Of a stretch of DNA of 64,000 bases, positions 49,158 through 57,885 are shown one piece after another (the stretch's first letter is position 1; every line of letters starts with the position of its first letter). The position numbers and the translations under genes were made by a program. Under the pieces are notes generated by a model that ran no database searches, was not told the DNA's origin, and worked only from the letters and a program-made list of their open reading frames with translations. The DNA is taken from the NCBI GenBank assembly GCA_017649925.1, contig JAGCFX010000056.1, positions 2,803 through 66,802 of the forward strand. The letters run 5' to 3'. This DNA is from Paludibacteraceae bacterium (GTDB taxonomy: Bacteria; Bacteroidota; Bacteroidia; Bacteroidales; Paludibacteraceae).

Positions 49158-49454
49158 TTAATCGTCTAAATATTCTCCTGAACCATCAGGTTTATGCAGT
49201 GGTCCTGACCATAAGTAGTTCTTCGGTATTAACCGCAAAACTGTCTGATACTCCTCATAATAGAAATCACTATCGAAGTCCAACTTGCCTTCGTTGTACA
49301 TTTTACAACAGATAACGAGCGGATCATATATTTCATCTCTCGCCCGTTCTGACAAGGCATCCCACACATTCTGTGCAAAGTCGCCTGTTATCTCGGATAT
49401 CATATCAAGCATGACATCCTCACCTTCGTCAATTGGTATATATCTGCGGCGCAT
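49158..49454 (-). CDS. hypothetical acidic small protein (98 aa)
   Basis: ORF packed 8 nt after the LRR gene. Confidence 0.45.
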   Translation of the reverse strand: MRRRYIPIDEGEDVMLDMISEITGDFAQNVWDALSERARDEIYDPLVICCKMYNEGKLDFDSDFYYEEYQTVLRLIPKNYLWSGPLHKPDGSGEYLDD

Positions 49455-49462
49455 GGACGGAG

Positions 49463-50365
49463 TTATTTTTCAATGATAATTGGTGATAAATCAGTACTAT
49501 ATTCTCCAAACATTTCAAGGAATCGCTGTTTGTGCCCAATAGGGACAATAATCTCTTTTAACGAAGACAATGGCGTAGGAATTGGAAGAGGCTCATCATG
49601 ATGATTGTGGTAGGAATGCTCATTTTCAATGGCCGCAAAACCTATTTCCTTTATAGTACTTGGTAAGGATAATTCCTGTAAATTATCACATAATGCGAAT
49701 GCCCAATCTCTAATTATAGTAACATTCTCTGGAATTATAAGACTCTTTAGACTTGTACAACATTCAAAAGCATATTTATCAATGACTTTGATACTATTAG
49801 GAATGATAACACTTTTCAAACTTTTACAACCTGAGAATGCACTTTCTCCTATGCTTGTGACGCTATTAGGAATATTAACTTCTATGATGCCTAAACAATC
49901 TCTAAAAGCATTCTTTGCAATGCTTGTTACACTATTCGGAATCTCAATAGCTCCTGTAGCTAATATAGAACATGCCAAAAGTTGTGTTTTTGTTTTATCA
50001 CTATATACACAGAAACCATCCACGTAGCCATTTACACATCTAGCCCCAAAAGTAGAATCGGTTATTTTGCCCCAATAGACAATATTAAGAACCTCTCCGA
50101 ATGCTAAATCGCCGATATTAGTAACGTTGTTCGGAATAGTTAAAGTTTGCAAAGAAGAACAATACAAAAAAGCACCCGCCCCAATGCAGGAAACACTATC
50201 AGGAATAGTGATAGATGTTAAACCGCGGCATTGAAAGAAGGCATGTTTATCAATGCTTGTAACTCCATCAAGGATAATGTATTCCCCTTGGATGCTTTCG
50301 GGACAGTGTAGTAATGTTTTCTTGTCATCGGAGTATCGGACTCCTCTATTGTCAATGTAAGCCAT
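49463..50365 (-). CDS. BspA-type leucine-rich-repeat protein, no signal peptide
   Basis: Repeats of the form L.SI.IP.SVT.IG..AF..C..L. Confidence 0.75.
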   Translation of the reverse strand: MAYIDNRGVRYSDDKKTLLHCPESIQGEYIILDGVTSIDKHAFFQCRGLTSITIPDSVSCIGAGAFLYCSSLQTLTIPNNVTNIGDLAFGEVLNIVYWGKITDSTFGARCVNGYVDGFCVYSDKTKTQLLACSILATGAIEIPNSVTSIAKNAFRDCLGIIEVNIPNSVTSIGESAFSGCKSLKSVIIPNSIKVIDKYAFECCTSLKSLIIPENVTIIRDWAFALCDNLQELSLPSTIKEIGFAAIENEHSYHNHHDEPLPIPTPLSSLKEIIVPIGHKQRFLEMFGEYSTDLSPIIIEK

Positions 50366-50400
50366 AATATTTATATTTAGTGGTTATTAACCTTGAATGT

Positions 50401-51201
50401 TTATGCAAATATCTTTTCAAGCAGCTCGCGGAAATCATCACGGTCGGTAAAATGGAAAGAGTTAGGATATAGCGGACTTCCCCAACTTTGTTCTACCGCA
50501 TGAAGTTCCTTAATTTTAGATGAGACACTTTCATTCCTCGTTCTAAGATCTTCTATTATTTCAGAAAGACTATTGATGTCGTGTTCTCTCGTGTGTACGG
50601 CTTCTTTCGGCATACCTGCTAATGCGGGAGATTCAATAAATAAATCTTGATGCGCGTCCAAATATTTTACCATTTCAGGAATAATGCCCTGACTCTTAGA
50701 TTCCCGCCATTCGGCATAGGTGCGTTCCAATACGCAGTATTGGTCAAAATATTTCTCTAAATCGTCTTGCCCAATAGCCCATTCCTTCCCCGCAGAAAAG
50801 TCGTTTACCAAACAGATAAATGGTTTTTGAAGTTTGCGTAGTTGATAAACACAGTATTCCATTATTCCCATTTCAAGTTGCTTACCACATGAATGATATA
50901 TAATCCTTTTTGTTCGGTCTGAATAGGACTCGGGAAGATGGTCATGATTTAAGAATTCGACATTACCACTCCCCTGTTTTACAATTTCGCCATCAGGTAC
51001 TATTCGATGGCGACCACGGGACGGATGGTCTATGATAGAGATGGTGTCATGGCGATGATCTGTGAGGTTCGTAAGTTCTGCTTTGACTTCATACAATGTT
51101 TGATTCCTAGCGAACCATAACATTAATGGTTTGGTAAACTCTTTTTGATCACAATACTTTTGAATCAGCTGGTCTAATTCTGATAACTTTACAGTTTTCA
51201 T
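50401..51201 (-). CDS. hypothetical protein (266 aa)
   Basis: Long ORF with no recognisable motif. Confidence 0.5.
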   Translation of the reverse strand: MKTVKLSELDQLIQKYCDQKEFTKPLMLWFARNQTLYEVKAELTNLTDHRHDTISIIDHPSRGRHRIVPDGEIVKQGSGNVEFLNHDHLPESYSDRTKRIIYHSCGKQLEMGIMEYCVYQLRKLQKPFICLVNDFSAGKEWAIGQDDLEKYFDQYCVLERTYAEWRESKSQGIIPEMVKYLDAHQDLFIESPALAGMPKEAVHTREHDINSLSEIIEDLRTRNESVSSKIKELHAVEQSWGSPLYPNSFHFTDRDDFRELLEKIFA

Positions 51202-51222
51202 GACTATTTTAATTTAATGTTG

Positions 51223-52002
51223 TTATTCTATTTCAAATCCGCATGCTTTCACTTTCTCACATGTGTCGCGCAGGAGTTTCCGTATATCTCTCTCCTGATA
51301 GCCTTTTATAGCCTCTCTGAAAGCGTGCTCTGCTTCTGCCTTTCTTTCTAAGCCAGACAAACATTCTGCATAGGTATCCAAATGGTCCGGATTCTCCTTG
51401 CCTTGCTCCTCCATAGACAGAGACTTCTCAATATATGGCAAAGCTTTTTCGTACTCGCCCCATTCGCACAACAGCCAAGCCCAATTGTTATAGTCCTTCG
51501 GCGATTCCAATAGTGATTCACCATTAAGATAATAGGAATCCGCCTCGTCTATAGATTTTCCCGACAGCAATGCTATCTTCCAAAGATACAAACCGGCTTC
51601 GCTTACTCCTCCTTCTGCCAAAGCCTCATTGAAGAAATCTTTTGCTTCATCTAAACGTTGTTGTTCGTTATCAATCTTATCAACACGGTTGTCAAAAATC
51701 ATTCGACCGAGAAAGAGCGCATTTTTACTGTCGTACATATAAGCTTCGTAGTAATATTTCCATGCTAATTGATTATTCTCCTCTGTGTCACCTAATTTAT
51801 AATACACGTGCGCGAGGTTAAGACAAGCAGAATGACTTCCCGTATCAGCTGCGCGTTTCAACCAAAAGATGGCTTTTTCTGTATCAGGTTCAATGCCTTT
51901 CCCCCAATAATACATGCTACCCAACGTCAGCATTGCTTGACTATTCTCGCGCTCTGCCGCTTTGGTCAGTTTCTCCAGATTCTTCTCTTGTCGCTTTTTC
52001 AT
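51223..52002 (-). CDS. Sel1/TPR repeat protein
   Basis: Sel1-like units (LGSMYYWGKGIEPDTEKAIFWLKRAA, CLNLAHVYY) and C-terminal TPR-like helices. Confidence 0.7.
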   Translation of the reverse strand: MKKRQEKNLEKLTKAAERENSQAMLTLGSMYYWGKGIEPDTEKAIFWLKRAADTGSHSACLNLAHVYYKLGDTEENNQLAWKYYYEAYMYDSKNALFLGRMIFDNRVDKIDNEQQRLDEAKDFFNEALAEGGVSEAGLYLWKIALLSGKSIDEADSYYLNGESLLESPKDYNNWAWLLCEWGEYEKALPYIEKSLSMEEQGKENPDHLDTYAECLSGLERKAEAEHAFREAIKGYQERDIRKLLRDTCEKVKACGFEIE

Positions 52003-52028
52003 AATCGTATGTTTTTACTAATTTGGCA

Positions 52029-52036
52029 CAAAGTTA
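52029..52036 (-). promoter_or_regulatory. -7 promoter box TAACTTTG for the six-gene island block
   Basis: TAnnTTTG on the minus strand, 27 nt upstream of the ATG at 52002. Confidence 0.45.
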
Positions 52037-52171
52037 ATGCCATTTTTTCACATACACACGATTAATTTGAAAAACAGCAATTCTGAATATATCATAAGTA
52101 GCTGTATATCATCCAGATACAACAGTGTCTTTCTCCTGGCAAATAAGGTAATTCAAGGTAGTATTATGAAA

Positions 52172-53118
52172 TTACCCTACTTGTACATCGGGGTTGATTT
52201 TGCGGATGAGTCCTTTGAGGACATCTCCCGGTCCGAATTCGTAGAAAACTACGTTGTTGTTTTCGTAGTTTGCGTTGTTTGCGTTATTTGCGTCGGCGAT
52301 CATGTTCTGTACGGACTGTGTCCAGCGAACGGGGGCAGTGAGTTGCTTGAGGAGGTTTTCGCGTATGACTTCCGGTTCCGTAGCGGGTAACGCCGTGACA
52401 TTCTGATAGATAGGACAGAAAGGTTTGCGGAAGTCGGTCTTGTTGATAGCCTCTGCGAGTGCTTCCGCTGCGGGTTGCATGAGGGGCGAGTGGAAAGCGC
52501 CACCGACAGGCAGCCGGAGTGCACGGCGCGCACCTGCCTCTTTCATGAGCGGACAAGCAGCCTCTACGGCATCGACATCTCCGGAGATAACGACTTGTCC
52601 CGGGCAGTTGAAGTTGGCGGCGACAACTACATGGTTTGAAGTAGTTTGAAGGTTTGAGCCTTCGGCTTGTTTGAAGTTGTTTGAGATTTGATCACAGATC
52701 TCTACGACTTTGTCGTCTGGGAGTCCGAGGACGGCGGCCATGGTGCCGGGGTTGGCTTCACATGCCGCCTGCATAGCTTTCGCGCGCGCGCTCACTAATA
52801 ATAAGGCGTCCTCGAATCGCAAAGCGCCGCAAGCGACGAGTGCGGAGAACTCCCCCAGGCTGTGTCCCGCCACCATGTCAGGGCGCTCGATAGTCATCAG
52901 ACGCTGCGCCACGACCGAGTGCAAGAAGACCGCCGGCTGCGTCACCTTGGTCTGCTTGAGGTCTTCCGCGTCGCCATTGAACATGACATCGGTGAGCGAG
53001 AAGCCAAGCAGCCTGTCGGCTGCCTGACACATCTCGCGTGCCTCCTTATGCGCGTCGTAGAGGTCTTTGCACATGCCGGGGAACTGACTACCCTGCCCCG
53101 GAAAAACAAAAGCCTTCA

Positions 53119-53119
<1 letters not shown>
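52172..53119 (-). CDS. fabD: ACP S-malonyltransferase
   Basis: FPGQGSQ and GHSLGEFSA. The start overlaps the ntpK stop by 1 nt. Confidence 0.92.
52240..52293 (+). repeat. 9/12-nt-periodic CGTWGTTTN-type repeat tract (copy B, in frame inside fabD)
   Basis: CG at 52240, 52252, 52264, 52273, 52282 and 52291. Encodes ADANNANNANYENNNVV on the minus strand. Confidence 0.8.
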
Positions 53120-53550
<431 letters not shown>

Positions 53551-55317
53551 TTATTTTTTAAATGGTTTATACAGTTTTCCGCTGCCTTCATATCCGGAGT
53601 TCTTGAAATACTCCACGAAGGACAGACGTAGCGGGTGAACGAACGCTCCGAGCGCCGACATAGCGAGGTTGAGCAAGTGGCCCACGACGATGATCAGCAA
53701 GAACGGTAACCACTGCCATGTCGGGTTGTCGCCCAGCACCATTCCGGCAAGGTTATTGAACGCGCCTCCTAACATGCCTCCCGCCAAGCCAAGGGCATAG
53801 AGACGGATGTACGAGAGGGTGTCGCCCAAGATACCCGTTGCCATATTATAGGTGTCCCACAATCCCGCGCCGATATTGATCAGCGGGTTGCGGCCCGGCG
53901 TATTGAAGATGAAGATCCCCAAAGCGGAGACAGCACCGATAGCGATGAGCGTCCACTTGGTCACCTGCGCCGGGAGTGAGAAAGTCATGGCGAGGATGAG
54001 CGTAGCAATAGTGCCCACGATGAGCAGTAGCCATCCCCATGTAGAGACAGTCGCCCTGAAGCCGTCCCGACGTGTATAAGAGAGCGCCTTGATGGTCATA
54101 GCGAGGCAGATATGGAAGATACCGATACAGATAGCCATCACCATCTGTATGTCATATCCCATCACCTTGCCCTTGATCATCACGCCTTTGAGGCCATCCG
54201 GCACCCATGCAGCGTTGTAGAGGTCGATACCAAAGAACGTGCCGAGGAAGAAGCCCACAACCGCCGTTCCGACGCCCAAGACAAAGATGATAGGTCCCAG
54301 ACCATCAAACATCTCGATCTTCAGCTTACCCTTAGCCAGCAGCCATCCGAGAAGCATCAAGAGGAAGCCGTACCCGCAGTCGCCCATACAGATGGCGAAG
54401 AACAAGAGGAAGAACGGCCCGAGTATAGGCGTGGGGTCAAACTCATTGTAGTTCGGCCAGCCGTACATACCCGTGAGGCACTCGAAGAGCTGCGTGAACT
54501 TATTATTGCGTAGCTTGATAGGTGTGGCGTCTTCCTTCTCCGGGTCGGTCTCTTCATAATAGACCTGCGCCTCGCTGAGCATGGCGTTCAGTTCGGGCTC
54601 GCGGTCAATAGGACAGAAGCCCTCGAAGAGGCACAGCGCACCTTCCGCCAGTTTGTCGGTAGAGAGGGTAACTCGTTGCCAATCAATCACTTGACGAGCT
54701 TCCGCGAGTTGCTTCTCAATGTCTTTGAGGTTCGCTTTTTGCCAAGCCTGAATGCGGGCTTCCGCTGCTGCGAGGAGTCCCTTGAGGTGCTCTACCTCTT
54801 GCAACCACTGGGCTTCCGATTTCTCAGGAGCGGGCAACGGAGTTGCGTAATCTGAGAGCTCCGCGTAGTTTTCGTTGTTTACGTTGTTTTCGTTGTTTAC
54901 GTTAACGAAAAAGGTCTTGCCGTCCTTTTCGTTAACCTTAATCCCCCACTCTTCTTGGAAGGCCGCTTTTGGGCAGGCGAAGAACCGGAGCGTGTAACCC
55001 GCCTCACCGAGTTCAGCAATCTTAGCGGGGTCAAACTGTCCCCAGACAGCAGCCTGCTGTGCCTCTGCTTGTGCCTCTGCGATGCTCTGGCGGATGTTTG
55101 CCTGCTCGCTGAGCAGTTGGTCCGGCGCACCTTGTCTGAGCAGTTTGCGGAGCTCGTCCTCATGCTGCAGCGCCGCTTGCAGGGCATCATCGTCCTCGAT
55201 GAGTCCCGCGGCTTTCTGCGTGATATGAACCACGCCGAGTTCGCGCAGCTGCTCGAGGAAAGGCTCGTAGTCACGATGGAACACCAGGAAGGTGTATTTC
55301 TTCATTTGAGTGATCAT
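53551..55317 (-). CDS. ntpI: V-type ATPase subunit I (a-subunit, 116-kDa family)
   Basis: Soluble N-terminal half plus a multi-TM C-terminal half, in the expected operon position. Confidence 0.85.
   Translation of the reverse strand: MITQMKKYTFLVFHRDYEPFLEQLRELGVVHITQKAAGLIEDDDALQAALQHEDELRKLLRQGAPDQLLSEQANIRQSIAEAQAEAQQAAVWGQFDPAKIAELGEAGYTLRFFACPKAAFQEEWGIKVNEKDGKTFFVNVNNENNVNNENYAELSDYATPLPAPEKSEAQWLQEVEHLKGLLAAAEARIQAWQKANLKDIEKQLAEARQVIDWQRVTLSTDKLAEGALCLFEGFCPIDREPELNAMLSEAQVYYEETDPEKEDATPIKLRNNKFTQLFECLTGMYGWPNYNEFDPTPILGPFFLLFFAICMGDCGYGFLLMLLGWLLAKGKLKIEMFDGLGPIIFVLGVGTAVVGFFLGTFFGIDLYNAAWVPDGLKGVMIKGKVMGYDIQMVMAICIGIFHICLAMTIKALSYTRRDGFRATVSTWGWLLLIVGTIATLILAMTFSLPAQVTKWTLIAIGAVSALGIFIFNTPGRNPLINIGAGLWDTYNMATGILGDTLSYIRLYALGLAGGMLGGAFNNLAGMVLGDNPTWQWLPFLLIIVVGHLLNLAMSALGAFVHPLRLSFVEYFKNSGYEGSGKLYKPFKK
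54864..54906 (+). repeat. 9-nt-periodic CGTWGTTTN repeat tract (copy C, in frame inside ntpI)
   Basis: cgtagtttt, cgttgttta, cgttgtttt, cgttgttta, cgttaa. Encodes VNVNNENNVNNENY on the minus strand. Confidence 0.85.
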
Positions 55318-55937
55318 GCTTGTGCCCTCCTATCTTCTTCTTCACGCTGCTCGCGCTCGCGCTTACCTTTAACGATTTTTTGACTCGATTTGCTTAGGTT
55401 CTCCTCGTCCTCCATAAACCGTTTTATTTTACGGATAGCGTCTTGATAACCAGGTATTTGCACTTTCTCAAAGAGGTTCACTTTCTGCGTCGTCTTCTTA
55501 CGCGCATACTCGAGCAAGTCCACTTTGCGGCGCACAAACTCCTGGCGGATGCCCACATCGGCAATGGCCTTGAGTTGCTCAAAACCATCAGCAAACCATT
55601 TGGGACTGGAGAAGAGCGAGAACTCTTTGGTTGAATAGACGACTTCATCTAACACGGGTACGCGCACGCCCGCGATCTTCCTAATAGACATGCGCACGTC
55701 GTCCACGTGTATAAGCGAGGTGTCGAACTCGCCCCAAAGAGCTATCATCTGGTCATAATCCTTAATGCGGCGCTCGACTTCCTTATCCAGGTCCTCGAGT
55801 TCCTTCTTTGCCTTCTTTACCTCGAGCCGCAAGGCGGTCTCTTTGCTCTGCAAAGTAGGCAGCGTTCGTTGCCGCATTTTCAGGTCCTTCTCCAGACTCT
55901 GCAACGATGTTTTATTGAATTGATATTGAATTGCCAT
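55314..55937 (-). CDS. ntpD: V-type ATPase subunit D
   Basis: 207-aa coiled-coil protein. N-terminal block NKTSLQSLEKDLKMRQRTLPTLQSKE is typical of subunit D. Confidence 0.85.
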   Translation of the reverse strand: MAIQYQFNKTSLQSLEKDLKMRQRTLPTLQSKETALRLEVKKAKKELEDLDKEVERRIKDYDQMIALWGEFDTSLIHVDDVRMSIRKIAGVRVPVLDEVVYSTKEFSLFSSPKWFADGFEQLKAIADVGIRQEFVRRKVDLLEYARKKTTQKVNLFEKVQIPGYQDAIRKIKRFMEDEENLSKSSQKIVKGKREREQREEEDRRAQA

Positions 55938-56000
55938 TTAAATTTACCATTTGGTCATTTACCATTTACCATTTATTGGTTCATTTAGCCATTTGGGTAT
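55938..56000 (-). repeat. intercistronic spacer made of seven AAATG(G) repeats
   Basis: CATTT occurs on the plus strand at 55935, 55948, 55956, 55963, 55970, 55982 and 55990. Confidence 0.8.
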
Positions 56001-57329
56001 TTAATTCTTCGGCCAATATTTTTCTACTAATGCGGCTTTGATGTTGACCTCCTCGGGCTTGAAGTACTTGCCAAAGAGCGCCCATGCGATGTCGAGCATC
56101 TGAACGGTATTGATGTTCACATCGATGGCAAGGATCTCCTGCGAGTAGTCGCGCGCAAAGTCGAGACAACGCAAGTCATAATCCGTAAGGTCAAATCCGT
56201 TCTCTTTCTTCGTTTTAGCGTTTGCGGCGTCTGCATAGAGCCGAACGGCTGCGTTCATTACCTGCGGGTGGTCTTCGCGCGTCTTCTTGCCTGCCACAAG
56301 TTGTTTCAGACGACTCAACGAACGGAACGGGTCAACGATAACTTTACCGATTTCAGAGTCGCGACGGAGGTATAACTGCCCCTCCGTAATATAACCTGTG
56401 TTATCCGGAATGGCGTGTGTGATATCTCCTCCGGAGAGCGTCGTGACGGCGATGATAGTGATAGAGCCGCCACCGATCTCCTCGGGGAACTGCACTGCCT
56501 TCTCATAGATCTTAGCGAGGTCTGAATAGAGCGAACCCGGCATAGAGTCTTTCGACGGGATCTGGTCCATACGGTTGGAGACGATGGCGAGTGCGTCGGC
56601 GTAGAGGGTCATGTCGGTAAGGAGTACCAGCACTTTCTCGTGCTTCTCTACGGCGAAATACTCAGCAGCCGTCAGCGCCATGTCGGGAATCAGCAATCGC
56701 TCTACAGGCGGGTTCTCCGTGGTGTTGACGAACGAGACGATATGGTCCAGCACACCGGCATTGGAGAACACATTCTTGAAATAGAGGTAGTCATCGTTGG
56801 TAAGACCCATACCGCCCAGGATGATCTTATCCGCCTCTGCACGGAGAGCCACGTTCGCCATCACTTGGTTATACGGCTGGTCCGGGTCAGCGAAGAAAGG
56901 AATCTTCTGTCCCGAGACGAGGGTGTTGTTCAGGTCAATACCCGCAATACCCGTAGCGATCAGCTCCGACGGCTGTTTACGCCGCACAGGGTTCACCGAC
57001 GGGCCGCCAATCTCGACCTCCTTGCCCTCGATGGCCGGTCCACCGTCGATAGGATCGCCGTAAGCGTTGAAGAAACGCCCTGCGAGTTGGTCACTCACCT
57101 TGAGACTCGGCGCCTTACCGAGGAACACCACCTCTGCATTCGTGGGGATACCTTCCGTTCCCTGGAACACCTGCAGCGTGATCTCGTCGCCGAGGATTTT
57201 AACTACTTGCGCCAACTTGCCGTTCACCATCGCCAACTCGTCATTACCTACTCCTTCCGCTTTGAGGGAACAGGTGGCTTTGGTGATCGCCGTAATCTGC
57301 GTGTAAATCTTTTGAAATGCTTTAGCCAT
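56001..57329 (-). CDS. ntpB: V-type ATPase subunit B
   Basis: 442 aa, non-catalytic AB-family nucleotide-binding fold. Confidence 0.92.
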   Translation of the reverse strand: MAKAFQKIYTQITAITKATCSLKAEGVGNDELAMVNGKLAQVVKILGDEITLQVFQGTEGIPTNAEVVFLGKAPSLKVSDQLAGRFFNAYGDPIDGGPAIEGKEVEIGGPSVNPVRRKQPSELIATGIAGIDLNNTLVSGQKIPFFADPDQPYNQVMANVALRAEADKIILGGMGLTNDDYLYFKNVFSNAGVLDHIVSFVNTTENPPVERLLIPDMALTAAEYFAVEKHEKVLVLLTDMTLYADALAIVSNRMDQIPSKDSMPGSLYSDLAKIYEKAVQFPEEIGGGSITIIAVTTLSGGDITHAIPDNTGYITEGQLYLRRDSEIGKVIVDPFRSLSRLKQLVAGKKTREDHPQVMNAAVRLYADAANAKTKKENGFDLTDYDLRCLDFARDYSQEILAIDVNINTVQMLDIAWALFGKYFKPEEVNIKAALVEKYWPKN

Positions 57330-57484
57330 TCGCGCTGGCTATCCTCGTACATGTGTCAAAACTCCGTTTTAACAGTAAGTACTCGGATGCCCTCGCTCTT
57401 CGGTCCGCGAACCCTTCGTTCGGTTCACGTCCCGAGGGGAGGACCCTCTAAGCCAGATGAGAGGTTTTAAATATCATTGTTAAA

Positions 57485-57676
57485 TTATTTGCATTTTATT
57501 CCTAAGGAATTATAAATCTGCCCGTTACGGATAATATACAACTGTCCGTCAAGGAGAATTTTAGCGGTCTCTCCGTTCGTGATAACGTCCTCAATACCCT
57601 CTTGCGGGTCCGTAGGATCAGTTGGATCGGTAGGGTCTGCCGGGTCAGCAGGAGTAAGATCTATTGTTTTTCGCAT
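57485..57676 (-). CDS. small hypothetical protein with (P[AT]D)n repeat (63 aa)
   Basis: ATG lies 2 nt after the upstream stop. Sequence MRKTIDLTPADPADPTDPTDPTDPQEG... Confidence 0.4.
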   Translation of the reverse strand: MRKTIDLTPADPADPTDPTDPTDPQEGIEDVITNGETAKILLDGQLYIIRNGQIYNSLGIKCK

Positions 57677-57678
57677 GA

Positions 57679-57885
57679 CTAATCTTGATTTTCTTCCTCG
57701 TTTTCGTCCCAATTAATTATCGGATTCGGGTTCACACCGTACATAGCGTGGACGGTAGTGTCTGTGTATTCAGGTCCATACATAGGATCCGGGGCGTACA
57801 TAACTGCCCGCTCACAACTGTTCAGTCCCAGAGCCGTAATCAGCGAACCCAAGAAGACATTGATAGCACTTCTTACTTTTTTCAT
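57679..57885 (-). CDS. small lipoprotein (68 aa) translationally coupled to ntpA
   Basis: ATGA overlap with the ntpA stop. Signal plus lipobox ALGLNSC. Confidence 0.5.
   Translation of the reverse strand: MKKVRSAINVFLGSLITALGLNSCERAVMYAPDPMYGPEYTDTTVHAMYGVNPNPIINWDENEEENQD

Larger units (their letters stand above)
42059..52069 (-). other. AT-rich genomic island (probable horizontally acquired defence/immunity island) without recognisable mobility genes
   Basis: Twelve same-strand ORFs. My spot counts of single 60-nt lines give about 35-38% G+C inside, against about 55-63% in the lon and V-ATPase flanks. Imperfect direct repeats sit at both edges. Confidence 0.6.
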
